A stretch of DNA of 46,084 nucleotides from Myxococcales bacterium (GCA_038320275.1 JBBQEB010000010.1:1-46084); one strand, 5' to 3'; numbered from the stretch's first letter, positions 1 through 9,671 are shown. The notes: a model not told the origin generated them from the sequence alone. Made by a program: numbers and translations.

Positions 1-1
1 C

Positions 2-559
2 GCGGGCTTCACGGGCGCGGAGCGGGTGCTCGACGTGGGCTGCGGGCGCGGGCTCATGCTCGTGGGCGCCGCGCGGCGGCTCACCTCCGGGCGAGCGGTG
101 GGCGTGGACATCTGGCAGGAGGAGGACCTCTCCGGGAACCGCCCCGAGGCGGCGCTGGAGAACGCCCGGCGCGAGGGCGTGGAGGCGCGCGTGGAGGTCT
201 GCACCGGCGACATGCGCAAGCTGCCGTTCGAGGACGGCTCCTTCGACGCGGTGGTCTCCTGCGCGGCCATCCACAACGTCTACGACGCGGAGGAGCGCGC
301 CCACGCGGTGCGCGAGATCGCGCGCGTGCTCCGGCCGGGCGGCCGCGCGGTGCTGGACGACATCCGGAACGGCGCGCAGTACGCGAGCGTGCTCTCGGCC
401 GCGGGGTTCGAGGTGCAACAGCGCGGGTCGGGCCCCGGCTCGCTCTTCCTCGCCGCGCTCAGCTTCGGTTCGCTCCGCCCGGCCACGGTCGTCGCGACGA
501 GGCGCGCTGGGGCGCCGGTCGGAGCGGCGGAGCGGGACCGCACGCCTGCGCCGTCGTGA
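2..559 (+). CDS. Class I SAM-dependent methyltransferase (5'-truncated by the window edge)
   Basis: VLDVGCGRG motif I, GDMRKLPFEDGSFDAVVS and RVLRPGG motifs; the frame is open back to position 2. Confidence 0.9.
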   Translation, partial: AGFTGAERVLDVGCGRGLMLVGAARRLTSGRAVGVDIWQEEDLSGNRPEAALENARREGVEARVEVCTGDMRKLPFEDGSFDAVVSCAAIHNVYDAEERAHAVREIARVLRPGGRAVLDDIRNGAQYASVLSAAGFEVQQRGSGPGSLFLAALSFGSLRPATVVATRRAGAPVGAAERDRTPAPS

Positions 560-649
560 AGAGCGCGGCGCGCCGCGGCACAGACCCGGAAAGCCGCTCG
601 CCTTCGCCTCGCGAAGCGCCCTGCTCATCCACGACGTAAGGTCCATCGA

Positions 650-2437
650 ATGCCCCAGCTCATCCCGCTTCGGTTCCAGGCCCGGACGGTCCCGGCACTG
701 CTCGCGCACACCGCGCGCCGGGTGCCGGAGCGCGTCTTCGTCCGCTTCCTCGACCCGGCTGTACCGGATCGGCCGCCGCGGGAGGTCACCTTCGGGGAGT
801 TCCGGGACCGCGTGCGGCGCGCCGCGGCCTTCCTGGAGCGGGCGGGCCTGGCTGCGGGCGAGCGCGTTCTGCTCCTGGGCGAGAGCTCCCCCGAGTGGCA
901 GGAACTGGCCATCGCGACGCAGCTCCTCCGGGCCGAGCCGGCGGCCGTCTTCGCGAGCCTTGCCGCCGACGCGGTGGAGGACATCGCCCGACGCGTGCGC
1001 CCACGAGTGATCTTCGTCTCCACGCAGGAGCAGTGGCAGAAGCTCGCTGCGGCGGGGGCGGACCTCGCCCGCGGCGGGCTCGTCTCCGTGCTCTCCCTGG
1101 AGGCGCTCCCCTCTGCGACGGTTCCGGACGGCGTCGCGGCGGCAGACCTGGGCGCGGCGCTCGCCGAGGGCGCGCCGGCGCTCGACCTGGTGGAGTTCGA
1201 GGCGCGCGCCGCGGCGGTGGGGGAGGAGGCCCCGTTCCTCCTGCTCTTCACGAGCGGCACCACGGGAAGGCAGAAGGGCGTTCGGCTCCCGCAGCGCACC
1301 ATCGTGCACGCCCTCGATGCGGGCGCGGCCTCCACCGGCACGGACGAGCACGACGTCGGACTGCACCTCCTCCCGTTCGGCCACGTCGCGGGCCACGACC
1401 AGTTCGCGCTGGCGCTGGGGCAGGGCCACGGGCTCGTCATGGTCTCCCGCCGGGAGGACGTTGCGCGCGCTCTCGCCCTCGGGCCCACGTACCTCTTCGC
1501 GGTCCCGCTCGTGTACGAGCGGGTGCGAGCCCAGGTGCTGGGGCGCATCGGGGGGATGCCCGGCCCGCTCCGGGCCACGCTGCGGCGGGCGCTCGACGCG
1601 GCGGCGCGGGTACGCGTGGACGGCTCGCGCGCGCCTCTCGACCTCGCGCTCGCGCTCCTCGCCGGGGCGCTCCTCGGCGCTCGCATCCGCAAGCAGCTGG
1701 GCGGCCGCGTCCGCGGGCTGTACTCGGGTGGTGCGCCCGCCTCCGAGGCGCTGTTCCGGTTCTTCGAGGGGCTCGGGATCCCCTTCGTCGAGCTCTACGG
1801 GATGAGCGAGACCGCCGGCATGATCGCCTCCAACCTCCTCGAGGGACCGCGCCAGGCCGGGGTGGCGGGGCTCGTCACCCCGGATCACGAGCTGCGCTTC
1901 GCGCCCGACGGCGAGCTCCAGCTCCGGGGCCCGCTCCTCTTCACCGGCTACCTCGAGGCCTCCGACGGCGCGGAGGCCTTCACCGACGACGGGTTCTTCC
2001 GGACGGGAGACCTGGGGCAGCTCGACGCGCGCGGCTGGCTGCGCATCACCGGGCGCAAGAAGCACGTGCTCGTGCTGTCGACCGGCAAGAAGGTCGCTCC
2101 CGAGCCGCTCGAATCGGCCCTCGCCGCCGCGGAGCCGTTCCGGGGGGCCGTGCTGATCGGCGAAGGTCGCCCTTACGCCGTCGCGGCGGTGTTCGTCGAG
2201 AAAGGGGAGCTGGCGCGCCTCTCGGCGGCCGGCCAGGACCCGGCGGCGGCGCTCCTGCCCGTGGCGCGCGCCGCGGTGGAACGCTTCTCCGAGTTCGAGA
2301 AGCCGAAGCGGCTCCTCGTCCTCGCCGGCACACCGGAGGACCACCCTGCCTTCGTCACGCCGACCCTGAAGCTGCGGAGGGAGCGCGTCCTCGCCGAGCT
2401 GGCGCCGCGGATCGCCGAGCTCTACGCCCGGCCTTGA
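650..2437 (+). CDS. Long-chain fatty-acid-CoA ligase (AMP-binding, FadD15-like)
   Basis: FTSGTTGRQKG P-loop, YGMSE, FRTGDLG and GRKK motifs, C-terminal TPTLKLRR. Confidence 0.9.
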   Translation: MPQLIPLRFQARTVPALLAHTARRVPERVFVRFLDPAVPDRPPREVTFGEFRDRVRRAAAFLERAGLAAGERVLLLGESSPEWQELAIATQLLRAEPAAVFASLAADAVEDIARRVRPRVIFVSTQEQWQKLAAAGADLARGGLVSVLSLEALPSATVPDGVAAADLGAALAEGAPALDLVEFEARAAAVGEEAPFLLLFTSGTTGRQKGVRLPQRTIVHALDAGAASTGTDEHDVGLHLLPFGHVAGHDQFALALGQGHGLVMVSRREDVARALALGPTYLFAVPLVYERVRAQVLGRIGGMPGPLRATLRRALDAAARVRVDGSRAPLDLALALLAGALLGARIRKQLGGRVRGLYSGGAPASEALFRFFEGLGIPFVELYGMSETAGMIASNLLEGPRQAGVAGLVTPDHELRFAPDGELQLRGPLLFTGYLEASDGAEAFTDDGFFRTGDLGQLDARGWLRITGRKKHVLVLSTGKKVAPEPLESALAAAEPFRGAVLIGEGRPYAVAAVFVEKGELARLSAAGQDPAAALLPVARAAVERFSEFEKPKRLLVLAGTPEDHPAFVTPTLKLRRERVLAELAPRIAELYARP

Positions 2438-2495
2438 AAGGCGCGCCGCGCCTGGCGCGGCGGGCGGTACCCACGACCGGCGCCGCCCCCTAGAG

Positions 2496-3551
2496 CTAGA
2501 CCGCGACCATCCAGTGGTGCCGGTCCTCGCGCTCGCCCCGCTGGATCTCGCGGATCGCGCGGCCGAGCCGCTCCGCCACTCCCCCCGGCGAGACCGGGAT
2601 GGGGATCGAGCCCCCGTCGAAGGCGAGCTCTCCCACCGGCGCGACCACCGCCGCCGTTCCGGAGCCGAACACCTCGGCGAGCGTCCCCTTCGCGTGCGCC
2701 GCCTGGAGCTCCTCGAGCGCGAGCGGCCGCTCCTCGACCCGGGCGCCCTCGTCCCGGAGGAGCGCCAGCACGCTGTCACGCGTGATGCCGGCGAGGAGCG
2801 TGTCGCCGAGCGGCGGGGTCACCACCACGTCGCCGATGCGCGCGAAGAGGTTCATGGTCCCCACCTCCTCGAGATACCGATGGGTGGCCGCGTCCGTCCA
2901 CAGCACCTGGTCGAAGCCGCGCGCCTTCGCCTCCTCGGCCGCGAGCAGGCTCGCGACGTAGTTGGCGCCCGCCTTGGCCGCGCCGAGGCCGCCGGGCGCC
3001 GCGCGCGAGTAGGCGCGCTCGACCCAGAGGCGCAGCGGCCGGGCACCCACCGTGAAGTAGCCGCCCACCGGGCAAGCGATCACGAGGAGCGTGTAGGCGC
3101 GCGCCGGTCGCACGCCCAGGAATGCCTCGGTCGCGAAGAGGAGCGGGCGAAGGTAGAGCGACGCCCCGGGCTCGGCCGGAACCCACCCCGCGTCCTCGCG
3201 GACGACCGCCAGCTCCGCCTCCACCATGAGCTCCTCGCCAGGTTCGGGCATGCACAGGCGCCGGGCCGTGCGCGTCATCCGTCGAGCGTGGTCGCGGGGG
3301 CGGAAGAGACGGATCGCGCCGTCGGCGGCCCGGAACGCCTTCGATCCCTCGAACGCCGTCTGGCTGTAGTGCAGCACGGCGGCGGCAGGGTCGAGGGCCA
3401 GGGGCCCGTAGGGCTCGATCCGAGCGTTCCCCCATCCACCCTCGACCGTCCAGTCGGCCCGGAACATGTGGTCGGTGAACACGGTGCCGAAGGCGGGGAC
3501 CGCCTCCGGCGGGTGGCGGGGCGAGGAGCTGCGCTGGACGGGGATGAGCAT
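2496..3551 (-). CDS. ilvE: Branched-chain amino acid aminotransferase
   Basis: FTDHM, LHYSQTAFEGSKA, AKAGANY (PLP lysine), EEVGTMN, LAGITR, GSGTAAVV; GGAGG upstream. Confidence 0.95.
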   Translation of the reverse strand: MLIPVQRSSSPRHPPEAVPAFGTVFTDHMFRADWTVEGGWGNARIEPYGPLALDPAAAVLHYSQTAFEGSKAFRAADGAIRLFRPRDHARRMTRTARRLCMPEPGEELMVEAELAVVREDAGWVPAEPGASLYLRPLLFATEAFLGVRPARAYTLLVIACPVGGYFTVGARPLRLWVERAYSRAAPGGLGAAKAGANYVASLLAAEEAKARGFDQVLWTDAATHRYLEEVGTMNLFARIGDVVVTPPLGDTLLAGITRDSVLALLRDEGARVEERPLALEELQAAHAKGTLAEVFGSGTAAVVAPVGELAFDGGSIPIPVSPGGVAERLGRAIREIQRGEREDRHHWMVAV

Positions 3552-3608
3552 GGCGGTGTGCCTCCACCGCGAACCGGGGCGGTTCGGGGCGCGGACGTTG
3601 CGGTCAGG

Positions 3609-3815
3609 TTAGCTCGCCCCGACGGGCGCCGCTCCCAAAGCGACGATCGCCGCGCCCGCGGGCTGTGCTCGGGTGGGGCGCCCGCCCGGCACCGCCGCGA
3701 GGACATGCGCGAAGGCGATGGAGGTGATCCGCAGGGTGTGGGCGGCGGCGCTCGCGGGGTCGAGGAGGAAGAGCAGGAAGGAGGCGGTGCAGAGGCCCAG
3801 GCCACCGCCCAGCGC
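3609..3815 (-). pseudogene. C-terminal remnant of an EamA/DMT-type membrane protein
   Basis: Reads CTASFLLFL..TLRITSIAFAHVL..GRPTRAQPAGAAIVALGA*, resembling the last two TM helices of EamA proteins; no credible start. Confidence 0.4.
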
Positions 3816-3990
3816 AGGGCGGTCCTCACCAGGCGACGGTACGGCGCTTCCTGTGCACGACCGCGCTTCCGGGGTCCGGTGCGTTCGCCACGTGGCCGGC
3901 GCCGGGCGCGGGGGCCCGTTTCCTGCTACGGCTGTCGGATGAGAACGAGCGTACGCGTGCTCCGGTCGCCGGCTTCCCCGGGAGGCTCGC

Positions 3991-4365
3991 GTGTACGGTG
4001 AGGACTGCCGGCTCTGCGGGGGCGACGGGCGGATCGGAAACACCCTCGGCGGCACGAACGCGAAGTGCCCCGGCTGCCACGGCACCGGCCGGCGCGCGGA
4101 GACGACCGCTGGCTTCCACGACGTGACGAAGACGAAGCCGTCGCACTACAAGCCAACCGTGTCGGCGCCCAGCGGGCCGAGGGTGCCGATGACACCCGAG
4201 GGCCAGAGCCTCGCGCGCGACGTGAACGCCTCCACCACCCTGACGCCGGACGCGAAGGCGCGGCTCGTGGCCGAGATCGTGAATCACGAGAGCACGCACG
4301 GACGGTGTACTCTCACGTTCCTCAAGAAGGTGCGCAAGCAGGCGCGGGGCCCGACCTCGGCCTGA
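3991..4365 (+). CDS. Small protein with DnaJ-type zinc-finger repeats (CxxCxGxG twice), no J-domain
   Basis: CRLCGGDG and CPGCHGTG; GGAGG 5 nt before GTG. Confidence 0.8.
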   Translation: MYGEDCRLCGGDGRIGNTLGGTNAKCPGCHGTGRRAETTAGFHDVTKTKPSHYKPTVSAPSGPRVPMTPEGQSLARDVNASTTLTPDAKARLVAEIVNHESTHGRCTLTFLKKVRKQARGPTSA

Positions 4366-4454
4366 AACCATTCGGGACGGGCGCGGCGCGCCGCTCCTCG
4401 TGAGGGTTACGACGGCGGTCGTCGCACAGGTGCGAAGGCCCCCAAGGAGTGGAC

Positions 4455-4925
4455 ATGGCCTCGCCGAAGTCGCCCAGGACACCCAAGCTGGCGAGGCAGG
4501 GGAAGGCGCCAGCCCGTCGGGCGCTTCGTCCGGCAGCGTCCGGGCAGCGGCGCTCGAGCCCGCGCACCCTCGAGCGCCTGAGGCGGATCTGCCTCGCCCT
4601 GCCGGAGGCGGTGCAGAAGCTCTCGCACGGCCAGCCCACCTGGTTCGCCGGCAAGGGCAAGGTGTTTGCCATGCTGGACGACCACCACCATGGCGCGCCT
4701 CACCTCGGGGTGTGGCTGCCGCAGCCGCTGGGCGCGCAGGAGGCATGGATCGCCGTCGATCCGGCGCGCTTCTACCGGCCGCCCTACGTCGGGGCGAGCG
4801 GCTGGGTGGGCATGGTGCTCGACAGGAAGCCCGACTGGGCCGCGGTGGGGCGGCTCGTGCGCGACGCGTACCGGCACGTCGCGACGGCGAAGCTCCGGGC
4901 GGCGGTGGCCGGCGACTCCCGCTGA
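4455..4925 (+). CDS. MmcQ/YjbR family protein
   Basis: LRRICLALPEA, SHGQPTWF, KVFAM, FYRPPYVGASGWVG, LVRDAYRHVA; AAGGAG upstream. Confidence 0.9.
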   Translation: MASPKSPRTPKLARQGKAPARRALRPAASGQRRSSPRTLERLRRICLALPEAVQKLSHGQPTWFAGKGKVFAMLDDHHHGAPHLGVWLPQPLGAQEAWIAVDPARFYRPPYVGASGWVGMVLDRKPDWAAVGRLVRDAYRHVATAKLRAAVAGDSR

Positions 4926-4952
4926 GCCGTGGCCCGCCGCCGCGCGCCCGAC

Positions 4953-5150
4953 CTACCGGGTGCGCTTGCGGAACTCCGCCGCCATCAGGGCGGCGACGAC
5001 GGCCAGGGCGGTGAAGAGCAGGATGCCCTTCCAGTCCGCCGCCCGCATCGCGAACCAGCCGCACAGGAACACCGCGAAGGCGCAGGCGAAGCCCCCGGCC
5101 TGCGCGAGGAGCCTGCCGCCGCCGCGCGAGGGATCCGTGGGTGAGGGCAT
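4953..5150 (-). CDS. Small two-TM membrane protein of unknown function (65 aa)
   Basis: Two hydrophobic segments and a basic tail; TGtTACGCT lies 6 nt upstream of the ATG. Confidence 0.6.
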   Translation of the reverse strand: MPSPTDPSRGGGRLLAQAGGFACAFAVFLCGWFAMRAADWKGILLFTALAVVAALMAAEFRKRTR

Positions 5151-5262
5151 GCCGGCAGCGTAACAGCGACGTGATGCCGACGGAACAGCGAGCAGACCGC
5201 GTGAAGAGCACCTCGGCGGCGCGCCTGCACGCCGACGTCCAGACGTGATGCAGCCGCCCGCG

Positions 5263-5862
5263 TCACCACAGGCCAGGCAGCATCGCGCGCACCTTGCGCG
5301 CATAGGCGTCGAACTCGTCCGGGAAGGCGCTCCGCAGGAGCTTTTCCTCGTGCGCCACCCGGATGCGCGTGCCGGCGAGGAAGCTCGCCACTCCGGCGGC
5401 GAGCGCCCAGGGCCGGCTCATCGCGACGCCCGTCGCAACGAGCATCCCGAGCATGCCGAAGTAGATGGGGTTCCGCACGAAACGGTAAGGCCCCTCCCGC
5501 ACCAGCTCGTGGCCGGCGACGAGCCGCGCCGCGAGCGCCCATTGCTTGCCGAGCGTGCGCACCGCCGCCGAGACGAGCGCGACCGAGAAGACCGCCAAGG
5601 CGACCGCTGCTGCGCCTAGGAGGATCTCCAAGGCGAGGGGAACCTCGACGAACGGGGTGAAGAATGGCCGTCGCATGGGCGGCATCCAGACGGCGGCGAA
5701 GCCCACTCCCTGCAGGACGAAGCCCCAGGCGGTGCCTCGCTCGCGGCGCGTCTCCGCCGCCGCGCGGTCCGGGCGCCTGCGCAGCAGGAACACGGCGGCG
5801 GAGGCGAGCCAGCAGGCGGCGACGGCGAAGAGCACCACCCGCGCCACGGCCGAGGTCGTCAC
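5263..5862 (-). CDS. Isoprenylcysteine carboxylmethyltransferase (ICMT/Ste14) family membrane protein
   Basis: LGKQW, HELVREGPYRFVRNPIY and EEKLLRSAF..YARKV motifs; GTG start overlaps the stop of the upstream mini-ORF. Confidence 0.88.
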   Translation of the reverse strand: MTTSAVARVVLFAVAACWLASAAVFLLRRRPDRAAAETRRERGTAWGFVLQGVGFAAVWMPPMRRPFFTPFVEVPLALEILLGAAAVALAVFSVALVSAAVRTLGKQWALAARLVAGHELVREGPYRFVRNPIYFGMLGMLVATGVAMSRPWALAAGVASFLAGTRIRVAHEEKLLRSAFPDEFDAYARKVRAMLPGLW

Positions 5863-5966
5863 TCCGCGACCGCCAGCCACTCGGCGATCATCCCCGCAGA
5901 GGCTGGGAGAGGCCCGTCCGCGAGCGGTTGTCCCACGACGCCCGAACCGAGGACCCCGATCTTCAT
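5859..5966 (-). pseudogene. 35-aa ORF: truncated N-terminus of an NAD(P)-binding oxidoreductase (F420-dependent NADP oxidoreductase-like)
   Basis: MKIGVLGSGVVGQPLADG Rossmann GxGxxG start with GGGAG RBS; ends in a GTGA overlap with the ICMT gene. Confidence 0.6.
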
Positions 5967-6161
5967 GTCGCTCCCTGTCGTGTGCTCGCGAGGAGACGTC
6001 CGTTACCGGTGCCGCGGGCGCTGTCGCGTCCCGGGAGGAGGGGGTGCGCCCGATGGCCACCGGGGCCCCGGCTCCAGGTCAGCATGGGTCCAGCCCCGCC
6101 GGGGCTGGAGGTTGCGCGCGCGCCGGGTCGGCGGCAAAGCGTTTCCTCCAAGGAGACGCAC

Positions 6162-6947
6162 ATGACCCGGACGATCCTCGCGCTCACTGCGCTCGCGCTC
6201 ACCTCGAGCGCGGAGGCCAAGATCCAGACCAAGCCGATGGAGTACCAGCAGGGCGGGACGAAGCTGCAGGGCTTCTACGCCTACGACGACGCGGTGAAGG
6301 GGAAGCGGCCCGGCATCATCGTCGTCCACGAGTGGTGGGGCCACAACGAGCACGCGCGGAACCAGGCGATCCGGCTCGCGAAGGCCGGCTACGCCGCGTT
6401 CGCGCTCGACATGTACGGCAAGGGGAAGGTCGCGAAGCACCCCGAGGACGCGAAGAAGTTCATGACAGAGGCGACGAAGGACGACGCGGTCGTGAAGGCG
6501 CGCTTCGACGTCGCGGTCGCGCTGCTGAAGAAGCAGCCGCAGGTCGACCCGCAGAGGCTCGGCGCGGTGGGCTACTGCATGGGCGGCAACATCGCGCTTT
6601 CGATGGCCCGCGCCGGTGAGGACCTGAAGGCAGTGTCGACCTTCCACGCCGCGATCCCGTCTGCCGACGGACCGGCGCCGGGCAAGGTCACCTCCCGCAT
6701 CCTCATCAACACCGGCGCCGACGACCCCATGGTCCAGCCAGCGCAGATCGAGCCCTTCGTGAAGCAGATGAAGGACGCGGGCGCGAACGTCGAGGTGATC
6801 TCCTACCCCGGCGCGAAGCACGGCTTCACGAATCCCGACGCGGCGAAGGCGGGCATGGACGCGCTCGCCTACGACAAGTCGGCCGACGAGAAGTCGTGGG
6901 AAGCGACCACGAAGATGTTCGGCGAGGTGTTCGGGAAGAAAGGGTAG
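6162..6947 (+). CDS. Secreted dienelactone hydrolase family protein
   Basis: Signal peptide, HEWWG, GYCMGG nucleophile, DDPMV, AKHGFTNP; AAGGAG RBS. Confidence 0.93.
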   Translation: MTRTILALTALALTSSAEAKIQTKPMEYQQGGTKLQGFYAYDDAVKGKRPGIIVVHEWWGHNEHARNQAIRLAKAGYAAFALDMYGKGKVAKHPEDAKKFMTEATKDDAVVKARFDVAVALLKKQPQVDPQRLGAVGYCMGGNIALSMARAGEDLKAVSTFHAAIPSADGPAPGKVTSRILINTGADDPMVQPAQIEPFVKQMKDAGANVEVISYPGAKHGFTNPDAAKAGMDALAYDKSADEKSWEATTKMFGEVFGKKG

Positions 6948-7185
6948 CCGCCAGCTCGCCCTTCGTGGGGCTCTTCCTCTGGCTCGCGCCCTCGGTGAAT
7001 CACGAGCCTCGTCGGTGGTGAGGTGCCGGTCCAGGCCGTGGACCGGACCCTGCTCGTGCCGGGCGGTTTGGGCAGCCGAGGATGCGGGTAGCCGCCGGGC
7101 ACTGGAAGGCGTCGCCTCGCCTCCGAACGCTCCCCGCATCGCCGCGGACGGAGCAATGAGTGGCGAATCTCTTACAACCACGGGC

Positions 7186-8256
7186 GTGCAGCCGGACTGC
7201 GAGACCGTCGGGCGCGCCCGCAGCCATCCTGCCGTCGGCGGCCTCGTGGCAGCGGCCCTGTTTGGAGCGAGTACACCCGTCGTCAAGCTGCTGGTACCGG
7301 GCGTAGGCGTTCTCACCCTGGCCGGGCTGCTTTACCTCGGCGCGGGCCTAGGACTCTCCGCCGCGGCGCTCGCGCGGCGCCGCGGAGCAGAGGCTGCGCT
7401 CGAGCGGTCGGACCTCGGCCGCCTCATCGTGGTGGTCCTGGCCGGCGGCGTGACCGGCCCCGTCCTCCTGGTGCTGGGCCTCCACCGGCTCTCGGGCTCG
7501 GCCGCCTCGATCCTCCTCAATCTGGAGACGCCGTTCACGATCCTGCTGGCAGTGCTGGTGCTGCGAGAGCAACTCGCCCCGCGGGAGGCCCTGGGAGCGG
7601 CCGGCATCGTGCTTGCCGCCGCCGTCCTCACCTGGTCACCGGGCCCCGTGCGCCTGGACGCAGTGGGCGCGGCCTACCTCGCCGCGGCCTGCGCAGCGTG
7701 GGCTATCGACAACGCGTCGAGCCAACGCCTGGCGATCCGCGACCCGATCGCGGTGGGGCGCGTGAAGACCCTCGCCGCTGGCGCCTTCAACCTGTCGCTC
7801 AGCCTCGTCGCAGGCGAACGGCTGCCATCTTTCTCGCGGGTCGCGGCCGCGCTCGCCACCGGCCTCCTGGGCTACGGGCTCAGCATCGTGCTTCAGCTCC
7901 GGGCAGTGCGAGCGCTGGGCGCCGCGCGACAGGCCGCTTTCTTCGCGACGGCACCGTTCATCGGGGCGGCGGTGGCGATACCGCTGCTCGGCGAGCGACT
8001 CTCGCCGGTGCAGCTCGTCGCCGGGACGGTCATGGCGGCCGCTGTCTGGACGATCGTTCGCGCCCGGCATGGCCACCTGCACACGCACGGGACCGTGGAG
8101 CACGCGCACGCGCATGTCCACGACGAGCACCACGCCCACCGGCACGAGGGGCCGGTCGCCGGACCGCACGCGCATGCGCACCGGCACGAGCAGCTCACGC
8201 ACCAGCATGCGCATTTGCCCGACGTGCACCACCGGCACGAGCACCGTCCGGAGTGA
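7186..8256 (+). CDS. EamA/DMT family transporter with His-rich C-terminal tail
   Basis: AALFGASTP, LAGLLYLGAG, LLNLE, PFIGA; 23 His in the last 63 aa; alternative ATG start at 7156. Confidence 0.9.
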   Translation: MQPDCETVGRARSHPAVGGLVAAALFGASTPVVKLLVPGVGVLTLAGLLYLGAGLGLSAAALARRRGAEAALERSDLGRLIVVVLAGGVTGPVLLVLGLHRLSGSAASILLNLETPFTILLAVLVLREQLAPREALGAAGIVLAAAVLTWSPGPVRLDAVGAAYLAAACAAWAIDNASSQRLAIRDPIAVGRVKTLAAGAFNLSLSLVAGERLPSFSRVAAALATGLLGYGLSIVLQLRAVRALGAARQAAFFATAPFIGAAVAIPLLGERLSPVQLVAGTVMAAAVWTIVRARHGHLHTHGTVEHAHAHVHDEHHAHRHEGPVAGPHAHAHRHEQLTHQHAHLPDVHHRHEHRPE

Positions 8257-8306
8257 GCGCGAGAGCGACCCTGGGCTGTACGCGGCTCCAATTTGGAGCT
8301 CCTCCA

Positions 8307-9671
8307 CTACGCGATCCAGACCGTCTTCACGTTCACGAAGGCCCGGATGCCCTCCAGCCCGAGCTCGCGCCCGAAGCCGGACGCCTTCACGCCTCCGAAG
8401 GGCAGCCTGGGGTCGCTCTTCACCATCGAGTTCACGAAGACGGCGCCGGCCTCGATGAGCGGGACGAGCCGCTCGGCCTTCGCGAGATCGCGCGTCCAGA
8501 GCGACGCCCCCAGGCCGAATCGCGAGTCGTTCGCGATGGCGATGGCGTCCTCGGCGTCCCGCGCGCGGAGGACGGCGGCGACGGGCCCGAAGAGCTCCTC
8601 CCTCGCAGCCAGGTTGCCGCGGGGTACGTCGGCGAGGACGCTCGGGGGATAGAACGCCCCCGGGCCGTCAGGTACCTCGCAGCCCAGCACCGGGCGCGCG
8701 CCTTCGCGGATGGCCTGCTGAACCTGGGCATGAAGCTCGTCCCGCAGCTCGCGCCGCGCCTGCGGGCCGATGTTCGTGGCGGGGTCGAGCGGATCGCCGA
8801 CCCGCACCACCCGCATGGCCGCGGTGAGCGCGCCGAGAAAGGCGTCGTACACCGGCGCCTCCACGATGAAGCGCTTCGCGCAGATGCAGCTCTGCCCGGC
8901 GTTGAGGGTGCGCGCCTCCGCGCCGACCTTGGCCGCACGCTCCACGTCGGCATCCGCGAGCACGATGAACGGATCCGATCCGCCGAGCTCCAGGACCGAC
9001 GGCTTCAGGGAATGTCCCGCCGCCTCGGCAACCTCGCGGCCGGCGGGCTCGCTCCCCGTGATGGTCACGGCTGCGATGCGCGGGTCGTGGATGAGCGGGC
9101 GGATCGCCTTCGAGCCCGAGAGCAGGGTGCGGAAGAGGTCCCTGGGAAAGCCAGCATCGTGCATCACCTTCTCGATGGACAGGGCGCACTGCGGGACGTT
9201 CGACGCGTGCTTCAGCAGCCCACCGTTGCCGGCCATGAGGTGCGGGGCGATGAACCGAAAGACCTGCCAGTAGGGAAAGTTCCAGGGCATGACCGCCAGG
9301 ACGACGCCCAGGGGGTCGTAGCGCACGTAGCTCTTCCCTGCGTCGCTCTCTTCGACCCGCGGCGCCAGGAGCCGCTCGGCGTGCTCCGCGTTCCACTCGC
9401 AGACGAAAGCGCACTTCGTCACCTCCGCGGCGCCGTCCTTCAATGGCTTGCCCATCTCGAGCGCCATGAGGCGCGCGAGCTCCTGAGCGCGTTCCCTCAG
9501 GAGCGCGGCGACCCTGCGCATGGGCACGGCTCGCTCGGCAAAGGAGACGCGCGCCCAGGACGTCTGGGCGCGAGCGGCCGCTTCGACGATGTCGTTCACG
9601 GCCGCGGCCGACATCTCCTCGAAGGTGGCGACCCGCTCACCGGTGGTGGGGTTCAGGGATTCGATGGCCAT
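8307..9671 (-). CDS. NAD(P)-dependent succinate-semialdehyde dehydrogenase-like aldehyde dehydrogenase (Sad/GabD1 type)
   Basis: MPWNFP, KHASNVP, TGSE, LELGGSDP, NAGQSC, EELFGP, PFGGVKASGFGRELG; GGAGG RBS. Confidence 0.92.
   Translation of the reverse strand: MAIESLNPTTGERVATFEEMSAAAVNDIVEAAARAQTSWARVSFAERAVPMRRVAALLRERAQELARLMALEMGKPLKDGAAEVTKCAFVCEWNAEHAERLLAPRVEESDAGKSYVRYDPLGVVLAVMPWNFPYWQVFRFIAPHLMAGNGGLLKHASNVPQCALSIEKVMHDAGFPRDLFRTLLSGSKAIRPLIHDPRIAAVTITGSEPAGREVAEAAGHSLKPSVLELGGSDPFIVLADADVERAAKVGAEARTLNAGQSCICAKRFIVEAPVYDAFLGALTAAMRVVRVGDPLDPATNIGPQARRELRDELHAQVQQAIREGARPVLGCEVPDGPGAFYPPSVLADVPRGNLAAREELFGPVAAVLRARDAEDAIAIANDSRFGLGASLWTRDLAKAERLVPLIEAGAVFVNSMVKSDPRLPFGGVKASGFGRELGLEGIRAFVNVKTVWIA

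Noticed and set aside
3939..4001. 20-aa ORF MRTSVRVLRSPASPGGSRVR overlapping the zinc-finger gene start
   Set aside because: The upstream hexamer TACGGC is a poor -10, and the downstream gene has its own GGAGG.
5863..6150. Possible riboswitch in the ICMT / dienelactone hydrolase intergenic region
   Set aside because: No conserved aptamer is recognised, and part of it is explained by the 35-aa Rossmann stub.
6950..7150. Short protein-like pieces (PFVGLFLWLAP.., TLLVPGGLG) after the dienelactone hydrolase
   Set aside because: Too short to assign; they may be further scars but this is unsupported.
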